Source: an uncultured delta proteobacterium (GTDB lineage Bacteria > Myxococcota > Myxococcia > Myxococcales > Myxococcaceae). Taken from it: a stretch of DNA of 64,000 nt. The position numbers and the translations under genes are program-made. A model generated the notes under the pieces. The model ran no database searches, was not told the DNA's origin, and saw nothing but the letters and a program-made list of their open reading frames with translations. Of this stretch, positions 47,447 to 58,139 are shown piece by piece (position 1 is the first letter of the stretch; each line of letters begins with the position of its first letter). The stretch is from positions 288,001 through 352,000 of the forward strand of contig CAVQKE010000003.1 of the NCBI GenBank assembly GCA_963713045.1, read 5' to 3'.

Positions 47447-47507
47447 AGCGTTGGTAGAGACGAGGGGGGCCCCCGACGGGCGGGGGCCCGGGCAGAACGT
47501 CGGTGCC

Positions 47508-48209
47508 CTACGCCCGACGGCTTGTTGTCAACGCCGGGTGCGCGGCGAGGAAGCGCACCAGGCACAGCTCCGTCTTGGCATCGGCCACCTCCCCCCGCCT
47601 GCAAGCCGCCAACAGGGCTGCGATGGGCCACCAGCGTACCGAGGCGCCCTCCTCCAGGGGGGAGCCATCGCCCGTGGGGCGGACGGGCTGCAGCCCGGTG
47701 ACGTCCACCGCGGTGGGATGAATTTTCTCGGAGATGATGCCGGGCAGCATGAAGAAGGCAGGGCCCAGCAGTTCCACCGCCTCCGGGCTTACGCAGTAGC
47801 CGGCCTCCTCCTTCACCTCGGCCGCGGCCCGCGCTTGCACGCCGGCCTCGCCTTTGTCCTCCCTCTCGAGGACCCCAGCGACAAGTTCCTCCACCGTCAG
47901 GTACGTCTCGCGGTCCGGCACCGGGAGGGGCAGCTCCCGCCGGAAGTAGGCCGCTGGGCGCAGTGTCCGGCGTGTCAACACTTCGAGGCCTTGGGGCCCT
48001 TGACGCCACAACAGGACGGCCACCGCGTCCGGCACCGGGCGGTCCACGATGTCCACCGTGAAGACGCGGGACAGCGAGCCATCCGCTCGTCGGTTCCGGC
48101 AGCGCAATCGCCGCAGGCGAAGAAAGTCCTCGTCGGAGCGCGCGCCGGGGGAGACGTCCTCCACCACCTCGATGGCGATGACCTCTTCTTCGGGTGGAAG
48201 TGCGCCCAC
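47508..48209 (-). CDS. NUDIX hydrolase (ADP-ribose pyrophosphatase-like)
   Basis: AGVLE...RAAAEVKEEAG Nudix box, PG...EK, DAKT. Confidence 0.85.
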   Translation of the reverse strand: MGALPPEEEVIAIEVVEDVSPGARSDEDFLRLRRLRCRNRRADGSLSRVFTVDIVDRPVPDAVAVLLWRQGPQGLEVLTRRTLRPAAYFRRELPLPVPDRETYLTVEELVAGVLEREDKGEAGVQARAAAEVKEEAGYCVSPEAVELLGPAFFMLPGIISEKIHPTAVDVTGLQPVRPTGDGSPLEEGASVRWWPIAALLAACRRGEVADAKTELCLVRFLAAHPALTTSRRA

Positions 48210-48260
48210 CGGCCAGTCCCTCTCCTCGGCGCGCGTGGCCCTTGGGCAGCGCGGGCTGCG

Positions 48261-50099
48261 CTAGGAAGCGGACGTCATCCGCATCACCTCAGCGAAGGCG
48301 GTCTGGCCCTGCGCCAGTTTGCGGACGGCCGCCTCGCGCAGGGTGCGCATGCCTGCCCCGCGGGCCAGCTCAACCAAGCGCGCTTCGGGGGCCTCGTGGG
48401 TGATGGCATCTCGAATGGCGGCATTTATCGGAAGAATCTCGAAGACGCCGGTGCGCCCGTAGTAGCCGGTGCCTCGGCAATGGACGCAGCCGGCTCCCAA
48501 CTGCAGGAGGAGACCGCCGGGAAGCAGCGGCAGCGGAGCGCCGAGGGCCACCAGCTGGTCCGGCGCGAGTTCCGCCGGTTGCATGCACCGGGTGCACACT
48601 CGCCGCAGAAGCCGCTGAGCCATGACGCCAATCAAACAGCTTCCCAGCAGGAAGGGCGGAACGCCCAAGTCCTTCATCCGGGTCACCGCGCCCACCGAGT
48701 CATTGGTGTGTAGGGTCGACAGCACCAGGTGGCCGGTCAGCGCCGCACTGCATGGCCATCTCGGCGGTCTCGGCGTCGCGGATCTCGCCCACCATGATGA
48801 CGTCCGGGTCCTGGCGCAGAGGACGTGACGCAGGGCGCTCGCGAAGTCGAGGTCGATCTGTCGGCTGCACCTGCACCTGGTTGAACTCTGGCGCAATCAT
48901 TTCGATCGGGTCCTCGACCGTGGTCAGACGTTGACGTCCGGCGGCCGAGCTCGCTTGAGCGCGGAGTAGAGGGTGGTGGTCTTGCCGCTTCCGGTCGGGC
49001 CGGTGACGAGAATGAGGCCGTTGGGCGCTGGTCATCATGGCTCGAAGAGTCCCTTCTCGTCCTGCCGTCGAAGCCCAGCTCGGGCGAAGTCGCTGGACCA
49101 GCGTCTCCGGGTCGAAGATGCGCATGACCACCTTCTCGCCGAAGGCGGTGGGCAGCGTCGAGATCGCGCAGCTCGATCTCGCTGCCCGTCGCGGCTCCGT
49201 CTTGATGCGGCCGTCCTGGGGCGGCGCTTCTCGGAAATGTCCATCCGCGCAATCAGCTTGAGTGCGCGGGACGATGGCGCACGTGCACCGAGGTCGGGCA
49301 GCGTGTAAACGGTGTGCAGCACGCCGTCGATGCGGAAGCGCACCATGGCGCTCTCGCGCTGGGCTCGATGTGGATGTCGGAGGCGCGACTGCTCGAAGGC
49401 GTAACGCAAAAGGTAGTCCACCGCCTGGACGATGGGCTTGTCCGAGGCGTCCAACTCGCGCCCGCTGGACAACGACACCAGCTGCTCGAAGTTGTGAAGC
49501 TGGGGGGTGCCGGTCGTGGAAAAGTCGCTCGCCGCCTGGGCCAGGGTGCGCTTGAAGCCGTAGATGTCCGCGATGCAGCGGAGGATGTCCGCCTTGGCGG
49601 ACAACACTGGCACCACCGGCACTCCAGCCAGCCGAGTGACACTCTCCAACGTCTCCCGGTCAAAGGGATTGGCGGTGGCCACCACCAACGTCCCTTCCGG
49701 CGTGCGTTCCAGCGGAAGGATGAGGTGCTTCTGGGCGTAGGGCCGAGACACGGTGCGGGTGGCCAGGGCCATGTCCAGCTTCAGCGGGTCAATTTTTCGG
49801 TAGGGGATGCCCAGCGCCTCGGCCACCGCCTCGCTGATGCAGTCCTGGTCGAGGACTCGGCCATTGCCCAGTGGCACCTGAAACACCGCCACCAGCTCCA
49901 CCGGCGACACCGAGTAGCGCGCCTCGTCCTTCTGCGCCCCCACCTGCTTCAGGACGCGCACCTTGGCCGCGGCCTCCTTGGAGGCCAAGTCCTGGGCCTG
50001 GGAGGGGGAAAGCAGCTGCCGCGCGACGAGAATTTGCAGCACCAGAGCGAGGTTGAACTCTGAGCCGTTGCGTTGCAGTCGAAGCGCTGGCAGGGACAC
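48261..50099 (-). CDS. GspE/PilB family secretion ATPase, broken by many indels at ~48745-49390
   Basis: Across frames: [61 protein letters not shown] / C..C..TGY.GR. Confidence 0.85.
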
Positions 50100-50114
50100 G
50101 GGCGTCCCATCAGT

Positions 50115-50929
50115 CTACCTGCGAATGGCGCGTACCGCCGCTTCCACGAGGTCGGCCGAGCTCGGCCGCTCGGCGACGCCGGTGGGTGGGAAGCCCAGGG
50201 CGGCCAGGGCACTGGCGGTGGTGGGGCCGATGGCCACCACCTGGGCCTGCGCCAGCAGCGGCCGGCCGCCCGCCTCGACAAAGGCCTCCGCGGTGCGGGG
50301 CGAGGCGAAAAGGACGGCCGCGGGGGGCCGGGTGCGCAGGTCTGCCCACACCTCCCCCGCCACTGGCAGCGGCGTACTGCGGTAGGCGGCCACCCGCGTG
50401 ACGGCCGGAGGGCCGGCCGGGGGGGCCTGGGTCCGTGGCGCTGGGGGTTCCAAGACCGTAGAGGCCTCGGCCAAGGCTTCTTCCAACTCCAGCCGCCCCT
50501 CCTCCGCGGCGGGCAGCAGCACCTGGTCCTCCGGCACCAGCCTCTGGGCAAGCTCCGGCCCAGCGCGGCACCGGTCCCTCCCTCGCTGCGCAGGTGCACC
50601 TGCAACCCAGCTGCCCGGGCAGCACGCTCTGTTGCCGCGCCCACCACGGCGACGCGGAGACGTCGCAGGGCAGCGCCACTTCCAGCGACCCGCGCCGCCT
50701 CGACCAGTGCCTCCACCGCGGCCGGAGAGGCGAAGGCCACCCAGCTGAACCGGCCCAGCGTCTCGGCGGCTGCCCGCAGCCCGCGGCCGTCGCTCGGCGG
50801 CTCCAGCTCCAACATGGGCAAGGCCACCACCTCGGCGCCTTCCTCCTCCAGAAGAAAGCACAGCTCCTCGCACCGCTGCCGTGGCCGGGTGACGAGGATG
50901 CGCAGCCCGTCCAGCCGCCGGGCACTCAC
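50115..50929 (-). CDS. hemD: Uroporphyrinogen-III synthase; single frameshift at ~50555 (probable sequencing error)
   Basis: LVTRP, FASP..V, VG..T in the first frame; AY, FASP.TA, AIGPTTA in the second. One extra G (CGG GAG) joins them. Confidence 0.85.
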
Positions 50930-51855
50930 CGCGCTGTGTCCTGCAGGGTGGCCAGCAGCTGGCCTGCGCCGAGGTCGAGCAACTGCAGAGCCAGGGCCTG
51001 CCCCACTTCGGTTGCCGAGTGGGATGGACCGCGGCGCTCGCCCCGCACCACCGTGCGGCCGTCCGGCGTGCCGACAAAGCCCCGTAGCCAGATGCCCTCT
51101 CCCTCCAACACCGCATAGCCGCCGAGGGGCACATTGCAGCCCCCCGCCAGCCGGGCGAGGAAGGCTCGCTCGGCGTCGACCGCCAGGCGTGTTGGGCCGT
51201 CGTCGAGACTGGCCGCGCGCTCCCAAGTTTCGCTGTCCGCCTGGCGGGCCTCCAGCGCCAAGGCGCCCTGCCCGACTGCCGGAAGGCTTTGCTCGACCGA
51301 CAGCACCTGGGTGATGCAGCTTTGAAGCCCAAGCCGAAGCAGCCCAGCCACGGCCAGCACGGTGCCCGCCAGCTGCAGCTCCTCCGCCTTGCGCAGGCGC
51401 GACTGGACGTTGCCGCGCAAGGGCACCACCTGCAAGTCCGGTCGGCGTGCCAACAGCGAGCAGGCCCGTCGCAGTGACGACGTCCCCACCCGGGCGCCGC
51501 TGGGCAACTCCTCAAGCTTGAGGCCGCTGGGAGAGACCCAAGCGTCGCGAGGGTCCTCGCGCTGGGGCACCGCTGCCAGGCCAAGCCCCGACGGGAAGGC
51601 CGAGGTGACGTCCTTCAGGCTATGGACGGCGAGGTCCGCTCGCCCTTGCAGCAGAGCCTCCTCCAATTCTTTGATGAAGAGTCCCTTGCCCCCCACCGCC
51701 TGAAGGGGTGCCTGAAGAAAGGTGTCCCCGGCGGTGGTCAACTCCACCAGGGACACTTCGGTACCGGGGAAGCGGCCGCGCCAGAGGGCAGCGACGTGGT
51801 TGGCTTGCCAGCGGGCCAGCGGACTCTTCCGCGTGGCGATGCGCAACCGGCTCAC
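50926..51855 (-). CDS. hemC: Hydroxymethylbilane synthase
   Basis: [45 protein letters not shown]. Confidence 0.97.
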   Translation of the reverse strand: MSRLRIATRKSPLARWQANHVAALWRGRFPGTEVSLVELTTAGDTFLQAPLQAVGGKGLFIKELEEALLQGRADLAVHSLKDVTSAFPSGLGLAAVPQREDPRDAWVSPSGLKLEELPSGARVGTSSLRRACSLLARRPDLQVVPLRGNVQSRLRKAEELQLAGTVLAVAGLLRLGLQSCITQVLSVEQSLPAVGQGALALEARQADSETWERAASLDDGPTRLAVDAERAFLARLAGGCNVPLGGYAVLEGEGIWLRGFVGTPDGRTVVRGERRGPSHSATEVGQALALQLLDLGAGQLLATLQDTAR

Positions 51856-53132
51856 GACTCGCCGCTGCGTCGGGAGGCGGCGTCGAGGCCGAAGAGTTCG
51901 GCCACCGCCTCGGCCAGCGGGTTGAGCGCCTCGCCGGGAGTGACGGCGCGAAGCCTGACGGTGGGTTGGTGGAGCACCTTGTTGACGATGGCCGACGTCA
52001 TCGCCGCCACCACGGCCGCTTGGGCTTCGGTGAGGGGCGTCGGCAGGTTGGCCAGCGCCCGCTCCAGCTCTGCCTTGCGGATGGCTTCGGCGCGCGCCCG
52101 GAGCTGGGCCAGCACCGGGACGCCCTCGCGGAGGGCGCGGGCGCTCAGGAAACGGGCCAAGTCCTCGGCCACCAACGCCTCACCCTGCGCCGCGGCGTCG
52201 GCGCGAAGCGCGGTGTTTTCCGCCACCACCCGTTGGATGTCGTCCACGTCGTAGGCGTAGACGTTGTCCAAGTCATTGACTTCGGGCTCGACGTCGCGCG
52301 GGACGGCCAAGTCCACCAGAAACAGCGGCCGGTGGCGGCGGCTGCGTACCGTCCCCGCGACCATCTCCCGGGTGATGATGGGGGCGGGCGAGGCGGTGGT
52401 GCAGACCACCACGTCAGCCCGGCGGAGGGCGGCCTCCAAGGGATGGAAGGGAAGCGCCTCGCCGCCCAGCGCCCGGGCCAGCGCCTCGGCGTGCTGCAGG
52501 GTGCGGTTGGTGACCAGGAGGGGTCGGGCCCCGGCGGAGGCCAGGTGGCGGCCGGCCAATTCCGACATTTCCCCCGCGCCGACGAGAAGCACTGTCCTGC
52601 CCTCCAGGCCGCCGAAAATCTTGCTCGCCAGCTGCACCGCGGCTGCAGCCATGGAGGTGGCAGCCCGCCCAATGTCCGTCTCGCTGCGCACCCGCTTGGC
52701 AGCGGAGAAGGCTGCGGCGCACACCCGTCCCAATTCAGCGCGGGCCGCCCCCACCCGCTGGGCCAATTCGAAGGCCTCCTTCACCTGGCCGAGGATTTGA
52801 GGTTCTCCGACCACCATCGAGTCGAGACTGGCGGCGACGCGGAAGAGATGGCGCAGGGCCGCTTCGCCGCGGTGCAGGTAGGCGTGGGCCAGGGCCTCCT
52901 CGCCCCCCAACAGTGTCAACTCGGCTCGCAGACGCGCTTCGAGGGCGTCCGCCGCTCCGAAGCCGTAGAGCTCCACCCGGTTGCAGGTGGAGACGAAGAG
53001 CGCCTCGGCCGGGGAGGCCGCCACACGCCCGAGGACTTCGGACTGGCGCTCGACAGGGACGGCCAGCCGCTCGCGCAGGGCGACGGGGGCCGTCTTGTGG
53101 GAGACGCCGAGGCAGACCAGGACGGAACTCAC
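51852..53132 (-). CDS. hemA: Glutamyl-tRNA reductase
   Basis: [46 protein letters not shown] start overlaps the ccsA stop. Confidence 0.96.
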   Translation of the reverse strand: MSSVLVCLGVSHKTAPVALRERLAVPVERQSEVLGRVAASPAEALFVSTCNRVELYGFGAADALEARLRAELTLLGGEEALAHAYLHRGEAALRHLFRVAASLDSMVVGEPQILGQVKEAFELAQRVGAARAELGRVCAAAFSAAKRVRSETDIGRAATSMAAAAVQLASKIFGGLEGRTVLLVGAGEMSELAGRHLASAGARPLLVTNRTLQHAEALARALGGEALPFHPLEAALRRADVVVCTTASPAPIITREMVAGTVRSRRHRPLFLVDLAVPRDVEPEVNDLDNVYAYDVDDIQRVVAENTALRADAAAQGEALVAEDLARFLSARALREGVPVLAQLRARAEAIRKAELERALANLPTPLTEAQAAVVAAMTSAIVNKVLHQPTVRLRAVTPGEALNPLAEAVAELFGLDAASRRSGES

Positions 53133-53932
53133 CGGCCGCCTCCGGGCCCGTAGGTGCCTACCAGGGACAGCACCAGCAGGCCGAAGCCAGCCATGGTGAG
53201 CCACGCCACCCGGCGGCCCCGCCAGCCGGCAAGGACGCGGGCCTGCAATAACCCGGCAAAGACGAGCCAGGCCACGGCGGTGGTGATTTCCACCGCCTGG
53301 AAGGTGCGCGCCCCGTTGGTGCGCGAGGCCACCCACAGTCCGGTCACCAAGGTGAGGGACAGCGCGACGAAGCCCCACAGCACCAGGCGGCGGTTCAGGC
53401 CGTCGAGCAACTCCAAGGAGGGAATGCGCTGGAACAAAAGTCCGAAGCGCTTGCCCTTCACCTGCCGCTCCAGAAGGAGGAAGGCCACCGCCACGCCGGT
53501 GGCCACGGCAAAGACGGCCAGGCCGGCGAGTGCAACTCCAATGTGGGCCAGCAGCATGGGCGTCCAGGGGCCGGAGGTGGACGGTTGCGCTGAAGGTCCA
53601 AGCCACAGTGCGGGCAGCCACACTGCCACCGCGGCCGGCGCGAGGAAGGCGCCCAGCACCGGCGCCTGGGTGCGCAGCTCGACGGTGAGGAAGAGGGCCA
53701 CCAACAGGAAGGCGAGGATGCTGAGGGCCTCGGCAAACCCATGCGGCCGCCAGCCTTGGCCGGACAGAAGCAGGGCGAGCCCGACCCCCTGCAGCACCCA
53801 GCCCACCGCCGTCAGGACTCGGGCCGTCCACACCATGCCCTTGCGACGCCCGGCGAGCAGCGTCACGTAAGCGATGGCCCCGAAGCCATAGGCGTGAAAA
53901 GCGAGGACGAAGCAGAGGCGGGAGAGCGACAC
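53129..53932 (-). CDS. ccsA: Cytochrome c assembly protein (CcsA/HemX-like)
   Basis: Multiple TM helices, H in TM, PSLELLD, GWRGRR; coupled to hemA. Confidence 0.8.
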   Translation of the reverse strand: MSLSRLCFVLAFHAYGFGAIAYVTLLAGRRKGMVWTARVLTAVGWVLQGVGLALLLSGQGWRPHGFAEALSILAFLLVALFLTVELRTQAPVLGAFLAPAAVAVWLPALWLGPSAQPSTSGPWTPMLLAHIGVALAGLAVFAVATGVAVAFLLLERQVKGKRFGLLFQRIPSLELLDGLNRRLVLWGFVALSLTLVTGLWVASRTNGARTFQAVEITTAVAWLVFAGLLQARVLAGWRGRRVAWLTMAGFGLLVLSLVGTYGPGGGR

Positions 53933-53948
53933 GGGGGCAGTGGGGAGA

Positions 53949-54311
53949 CTAAAGCTTGTCCAACAGGAATTGCGCCAAGAGGTCCGTTTCCTTCTCCGGC
54001 TTCAGCGCGGCGGCAAAGTCCGCGTCGGGTAGCTGCACCAGGTAGCCGCGCTGTACGTCGTAGGCGCTCTCGCCCAACAGGACCGAGTCCGCCAACTGTT
54101 CGGCCGAGAGAGCATCCAGTTGACCGATGGTTTTGACCTTGTGCAACAGCTTCTGTTCGTCGGCGCCAGTCACCAGCCGGGCCACGTGCACCGCGTCCTC
54201 GACCGGGAGCCGCGCCGGCTCGCCACGAATCACCAGGTGCTTTTCCTGGACGTCTGCCTTGTCGGCCAGCGCCCACTCCTCGAGGGTAGCCTGCGAAAGA
54301 AATAGCTTCAC
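53949..54311 (-). CDS. Hypothetical protein
   Basis: VKLFLSQATLEEW...KVKT...AE..ADSVLLGE.AY.V..GY...DLLAQFLLDKL; co-oriented upstream of ccsA. Confidence 0.7.
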   Translation of the reverse strand: MKLFLSQATLEEWALADKADVQEKHLVIRGEPARLPVEDAVHVARLVTGADEQKLLHKVKTIGQLDALSAEQLADSVLLGESAYDVQRGYLVQLPDADFAAALKPEKETDLLAQFLLDKL

Positions 54312-54498
54312 GTCCACCCAGCACTCTAGCACCCAGCCTCGGAAGTCCCTGACTTCATTCGACCAACCGCAGAAGGCCCCCAGGGACGCCGCCAGGCCTT
54401 GAAACATAGGACCCCTTCGCGCGTCTAACGTTGCGTGAAGGCAGGGCGGTTTGCTAACCCCCTGCTGAGTTTTGGTGGTGAAAAGGAGTTGGACGCAC

Positions 54499-54828
54499 AT
54501 GGCAGGACAAGACGTGTTTCACACCTCGGACGCCGACTTCGCCAAGCAGGTGCTCGAGTCACAGGAGCCGGTGCTGGTGGACTTCTGGGCCACCTGGTGC
54601 GGGCCTTGTAAGGCCATCGCCCCCAGCCTCGACGCGCTGGCCAGCCAGTACAAAGGCAAGGTGAAGGTGGCCAAGCTGAACATCGACGAGGAGCAGAAGA
54701 CGGCGCAGGCCTATGGCATTCGCAGCATCCCCACCCTGTTACTCTTCAAGGCGGGAAAGGTGATTGACCAGGTGGTGGGCGCAGTCCCCAAGGCCAAGCT
54801 GGAAGAGACCTTCAAAAAGGCGCTGTAG
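54499..54828 (+). CDS. trxA: Thioredoxin
   Basis: WCGPC, IPT; AAGGAG SD. Confidence 0.97.
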   Translation: MAGQDVFHTSDADFAKQVLESQEPVLVDFWATWCGPCKAIAPSLDALASQYKGKVKVAKLNIDEEQKTAQAYGIRSIPTLLLFKAGKVIDQVVGAVPKAKLEETFKKAL

Positions 54829-54877
54829 GGGTCCCTTCGGTTGGCCCCGGGGCCGGCTTGGCCGTCCCTGGGGGCGG

Positions 54878-55513
54878 TTAGCGTTTGGGCGGGGCGATGG
54901 CCTCGCCAATCCGCCACGGGTCGGCCGGAGCGGTGACCTTCAACAGTTCCCAGGCGGCCAAGGCGTCCACCACGCGGTCCAATTCGGACTCGATGGCCCG
55001 GGTGCGGGCCGTTGCCAAGTAGCCTTCGGCGAAACGGCGCAGCTGCTCGCCGAGAAAGAGCCGGGCCAGGGTGACCTCGGTTTGCTTGAAGAATTCGAGA
55101 AAGCGCAAGCCCATCCCAGAGCGTCCGGTGCGGTCGTCGGTGCGCTCCTGACGCAGCACCTCCGCGCGAGCCTCCACCGGCGCCCCCTTGGCATCCAATT
55201 CAAAGCGCACCATCAGCTCCGTCCCCACCGGAAGGAAGAAGGTGGATTCGATGAAAGCGCCGCTGACGCTCAGATTTTCTGAGCCCAAGGTGGCGCTGAA
55301 GCGTCGGTCTTGGCCTTCGCCAATCCACAGCCGGAAGGGCACGCGCAGCCGTGCCCTTGGAAAGGAGCGGTGCTCCGGGCCCGGGGCGGAGGTGTCGAGC
55401 GCGATGCCGCTCGGCAAGCTGGCCGGTGGCGCCTCCCCATGTAGGCCCCTGCCGGTCGACGGACTGCTCGCCGAGACCACTCCGGTACGCGTGGTGATGG
55501 TCGTCTTCGCCAT
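54878..55513 (-). CDS. PilZ domain protein
   Basis: RSFPR (RxxxR) and NLSVSG (D/NxSxxG), GMGLRF. Confidence 0.88.
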   Translation of the reverse strand: MAKTTITTRTGVVSASSPSTGRGLHGEAPPASLPSGIALDTSAPGPEHRSFPRARLRVPFRLWIGEGQDRRFSATLGSENLSVSGAFIESTFFLPVGTELMVRFELDAKGAPVEARAEVLRQERTDDRTGRSGMGLRFLEFFKQTEVTLARLFLGEQLRRFAEGYLATARTRAIESELDRVVDALAAWELLKVTAPADPWRIGEAIAPPKR

Positions 55514-55597
55514 GCCCCCTCCCGGGAACTTTGCCAAAAAGACGTAGGCGCTGGGCCTGCACTTCATACACCATGTCGGCGCAAGGGGAGACCGCAC

Positions 55598-56977
55598 ATG
55601 CTGGGCAACCTGCTCAAGCCGGAATTCGAAGCGCTGCTTCAGGCTCGCGACTACGACACCCTCCGCTCGGCCTTCGAGGAGATGTCACCACCGGACATCG
55701 CGGAGGTCCTCGAGGACCTGCCGGCGGAATCCAGCGGGGTGCTGTTCCGGGTGTTACCTCGCGACGTCGCCACCACCGTCTTTGAATACTTGCCCGTCGA
55801 CCAGCAGACGGAAGTGGTGGAGATGCTCGGCACCGAGCAATTGGTGGGCGTTCTCAATCAGATGGCGCCGGACGACCGGACCCGTCTCTTCGAGGAGCTG
55901 CCGGCGGAGGTGACGAAGCGTGCCTTGGCCATCCTCACCCCCGACCAGCTGAGCCAGGCGCGGCAACTGCTGGGCTACCCGGAGAACAAGGCCGGCCGCT
56001 ACATGACGCCGCGGTACCTGGCCCTGCGGCCCACCGCCACCGCCGAGGAGGCCCTGCACTACGTGCGCGAGCACGGCCAGGGCATCGAGACGGCGGACGT
56101 CATCTACGTCACCGACGAGAAGGGCCGACTGCTGGACGACATCCCCCTGGTGGCGCTGGTGAAGGCGCAGCCCAACAGTCAGCTTTCAGCCCTCGACGAC
56201 GGACACCTGGTCAGCATCCGCGCCACCGACGACCGGAGCGACGTGGTGTCGATGTTTGAAAAATATGACTTGGTGGCGCTGCCGGTGACGGACAGCCAGG
56301 GCATCCTGCTCGGCATCATCACCGTCGACGACGTCTTGGACGCCGCCGAGGCGAAGGCCACCAAGGACATCCAGGCGCTGGGCGGTGTCGAGGCCCTGGA
56401 CGCGCCCTACTTCGACGTGGGCTTCGTCAGCATGTGCAAGAAACGGGGCGGCTGGCTGTCGGTGCTCTTCTTGGGCGAGATGCTGACGGCCACCGCGATG
56501 ACGGCCTTCGAGGACGAGCTGGCCAAGGCGGTGGTGTTGTCGCTGTTTTTGCCACTCATCATCTCCAGCGGCGGCAACTCCGGCTCGCAGGCCACCTCCA
56601 TCCTCATCCGTTCGCTGGCCCTGAAAGAAGTCCGGCTGCGGGATTGGTGGCGGGTGGCCAGCCGCGAGCTGGCCAGCGGGCTGACCTTGGGCGCGCTGCT
56701 TGGCTGCATCGGCTTTCTGCGAATTACGGTTTGGGCCAAGGTGTTTCACCAATACGGCGAGCACTACTTTTTGGTGGCCTCGGTGGTGGCCCTGGCCCTG
56801 GTGGGGGTGGTGCTGTACGGCAACCTGGTAGGCTCGATGCTGCCCTTCATCCTGCGCCGCATGGGCTTTGACCCGGCCAAGGCCTCCGCACCCTTCGTGG
56901 CCACTCTGGTCGACGTCAGTGGCCTCATCATCTACTTCAACATTGCCAAGCTCATCTTCCGGGGCACGCTGCTGTAA
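55598..56977 (+). CDS. mgtE: Magnesium transporter MgtE
   Basis: N-domain, CBS pair, GIITVDD, SGGNSGSQ, DPA..S.PFVATLVD. Confidence 0.96.
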   Translation: MLGNLLKPEFEALLQARDYDTLRSAFEEMSPPDIAEVLEDLPAESSGVLFRVLPRDVATTVFEYLPVDQQTEVVEMLGTEQLVGVLNQMAPDDRTRLFEELPAEVTKRALAILTPDQLSQARQLLGYPENKAGRYMTPRYLALRPTATAEEALHYVREHGQGIETADVIYVTDEKGRLLDDIPLVALVKAQPNSQLSALDDGHLVSIRATDDRSDVVSMFEKYDLVALPVTDSQGILLGIITVDDVLDAAEAKATKDIQALGGVEALDAPYFDVGFVSMCKKRGGWLSVLFLGEMLTATAMTAFEDELAKAVVLSLFLPLIISSGGNSGSQATSILIRSLALKEVRLRDWWRVASRELASGLTLGALLGCIGFLRITVWAKVFHQYGEHYFLVASVVALALVGVVLYGNLVGSMLPFILRRMGFDPAKASAPFVATLVDVSGLIIYFNIAKLIFRGTLL

Positions 56978-56990
56978 GCAGCGGGCGTTG

Positions 56991-58136
56991 TCAGAAGAAG
57001 TGACGCCTCATGGAGACGTTGGCCACCAGGCCGAGCGACAGCAGCACACTCACCATGCTGGAGCCACCGTAGGACATGAGGGGCAGCGTAATGCCCGTCA
57101 CTGGAAGGAGGCCCACCACCATGCCGATGTTCTCAAACACCTGCCAAAACAGCATTGCCGCCACCCCGACCGCGAGGAAGGCACCAAAGCGGTCGCGCGC
57201 CTGGAAGGACACGCCCAGGGCGAAGGAAAAAATCAGGCCGTAGAGCACCAGCAACACCAGGCACGCGAGAAAGCCGTGCTCTTCGGCCCACACCGAAAAG
57301 ATGAAGTCGGTGTGCTGCTCGGGAAGGAAGAAGAGGCCGGTCTGCGTCCCCTGCATCCAGCCCTTCCCGAGAAAGCCTCCCGAGCCAACGGCAATCTTCG
57401 ACTGCGCCGCGTGGTACCCCGAGCCGCGTAGGTCGCTGTCCGGGGAGAGCCACCCGGCAATGCGGGCACTCTGGTGGCGCTTGAGGACGTTGCGAATCAG
57501 GGTGCGGTGGCCGTCGGAGGGGTCCCGCACGTAGTCGTTCCAGATGATGGCCGACAGCGCCAGCAGCCCCACCAGCCCAGTCACCAGAAGCCCTCGGCGC
57601 AAGCGGGCGAAGAGCAGCACCGTGGCGGCGGTGAGCAGCACCATCAGGGCATTGCCCAAGTCCGGCAGCACCAGCGCCGCCGACAGGACGGCCAGCAGCG
57701 CTGGCTTCCAGACGTCGGAGACACCGAGTGGCTCATCCGGTTGGCGCTGCAGGTCATGAAATAGCTTGGCCAGAAGGACAATCAGCGCCACCTTCATGAA
57801 TTCCGCTGGTTCCATCCGCAGCGGGCCCAGCGCCAGCCAGCTGGCGGCGCCCTTGGCCCGGTGGCCCAGGACACGCAGCAGCAAGAGCAGCGCCACGTTG
57901 AGTCCATAGAAGGGCCACGCCATGCGCTGTAGGAAGCGGTAGTCGACCAGACACACCCCGAGCGCGGCGAACAGGCCGACCGCCAGGTTGATGCTCTGCC
58001 GCGTCCACAATGGGCTGTGGGGCGGGCGCGAGGCCGAGGCGAGGTTGAAAATGCCCAGCACGGCGATGGCCAACGTCACTGCCACCAGGCCCCAGGGCAC
58101 GTGGGGCACCATCCGCCGCTCGATGCGCAACAGCAT
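56991..58136 (-). CDS. rodA: Rod shape-determining protein RodA
   Basis: SEDS motifs: PAEFMK, PDLG, QSKIAVGSGG, PEQHTDFIF, TGITLPLMSYGGSS. Confidence 0.95.
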   Translation of the reverse strand: MLLRIERRMVPHVPWGLVAVTLAIAVLGIFNLASASRPPHSPLWTRQSINLAVGLFAALGVCLVDYRFLQRMAWPFYGLNVALLLLLRVLGHRAKGAASWLALGPLRMEPAEFMKVALIVLLAKLFHDLQRQPDEPLGVSDVWKPALLAVLSAALVLPDLGNALMVLLTAATVLLFARLRRGLLVTGLVGLLALSAIIWNDYVRDPSDGHRTLIRNVLKRHQSARIAGWLSPDSDLRGSGYHAAQSKIAVGSGGFLGKGWMQGTQTGLFFLPEQHTDFIFSVWAEEHGFLACLVLLVLYGLIFSFALGVSFQARDRFGAFLAVGVAAMLFWQVFENIGMVVGLLPVTGITLPLMSYGGSSMVSVLLSLGLVANVSMRRHFF

Positions 58137-58139
58137 TGC

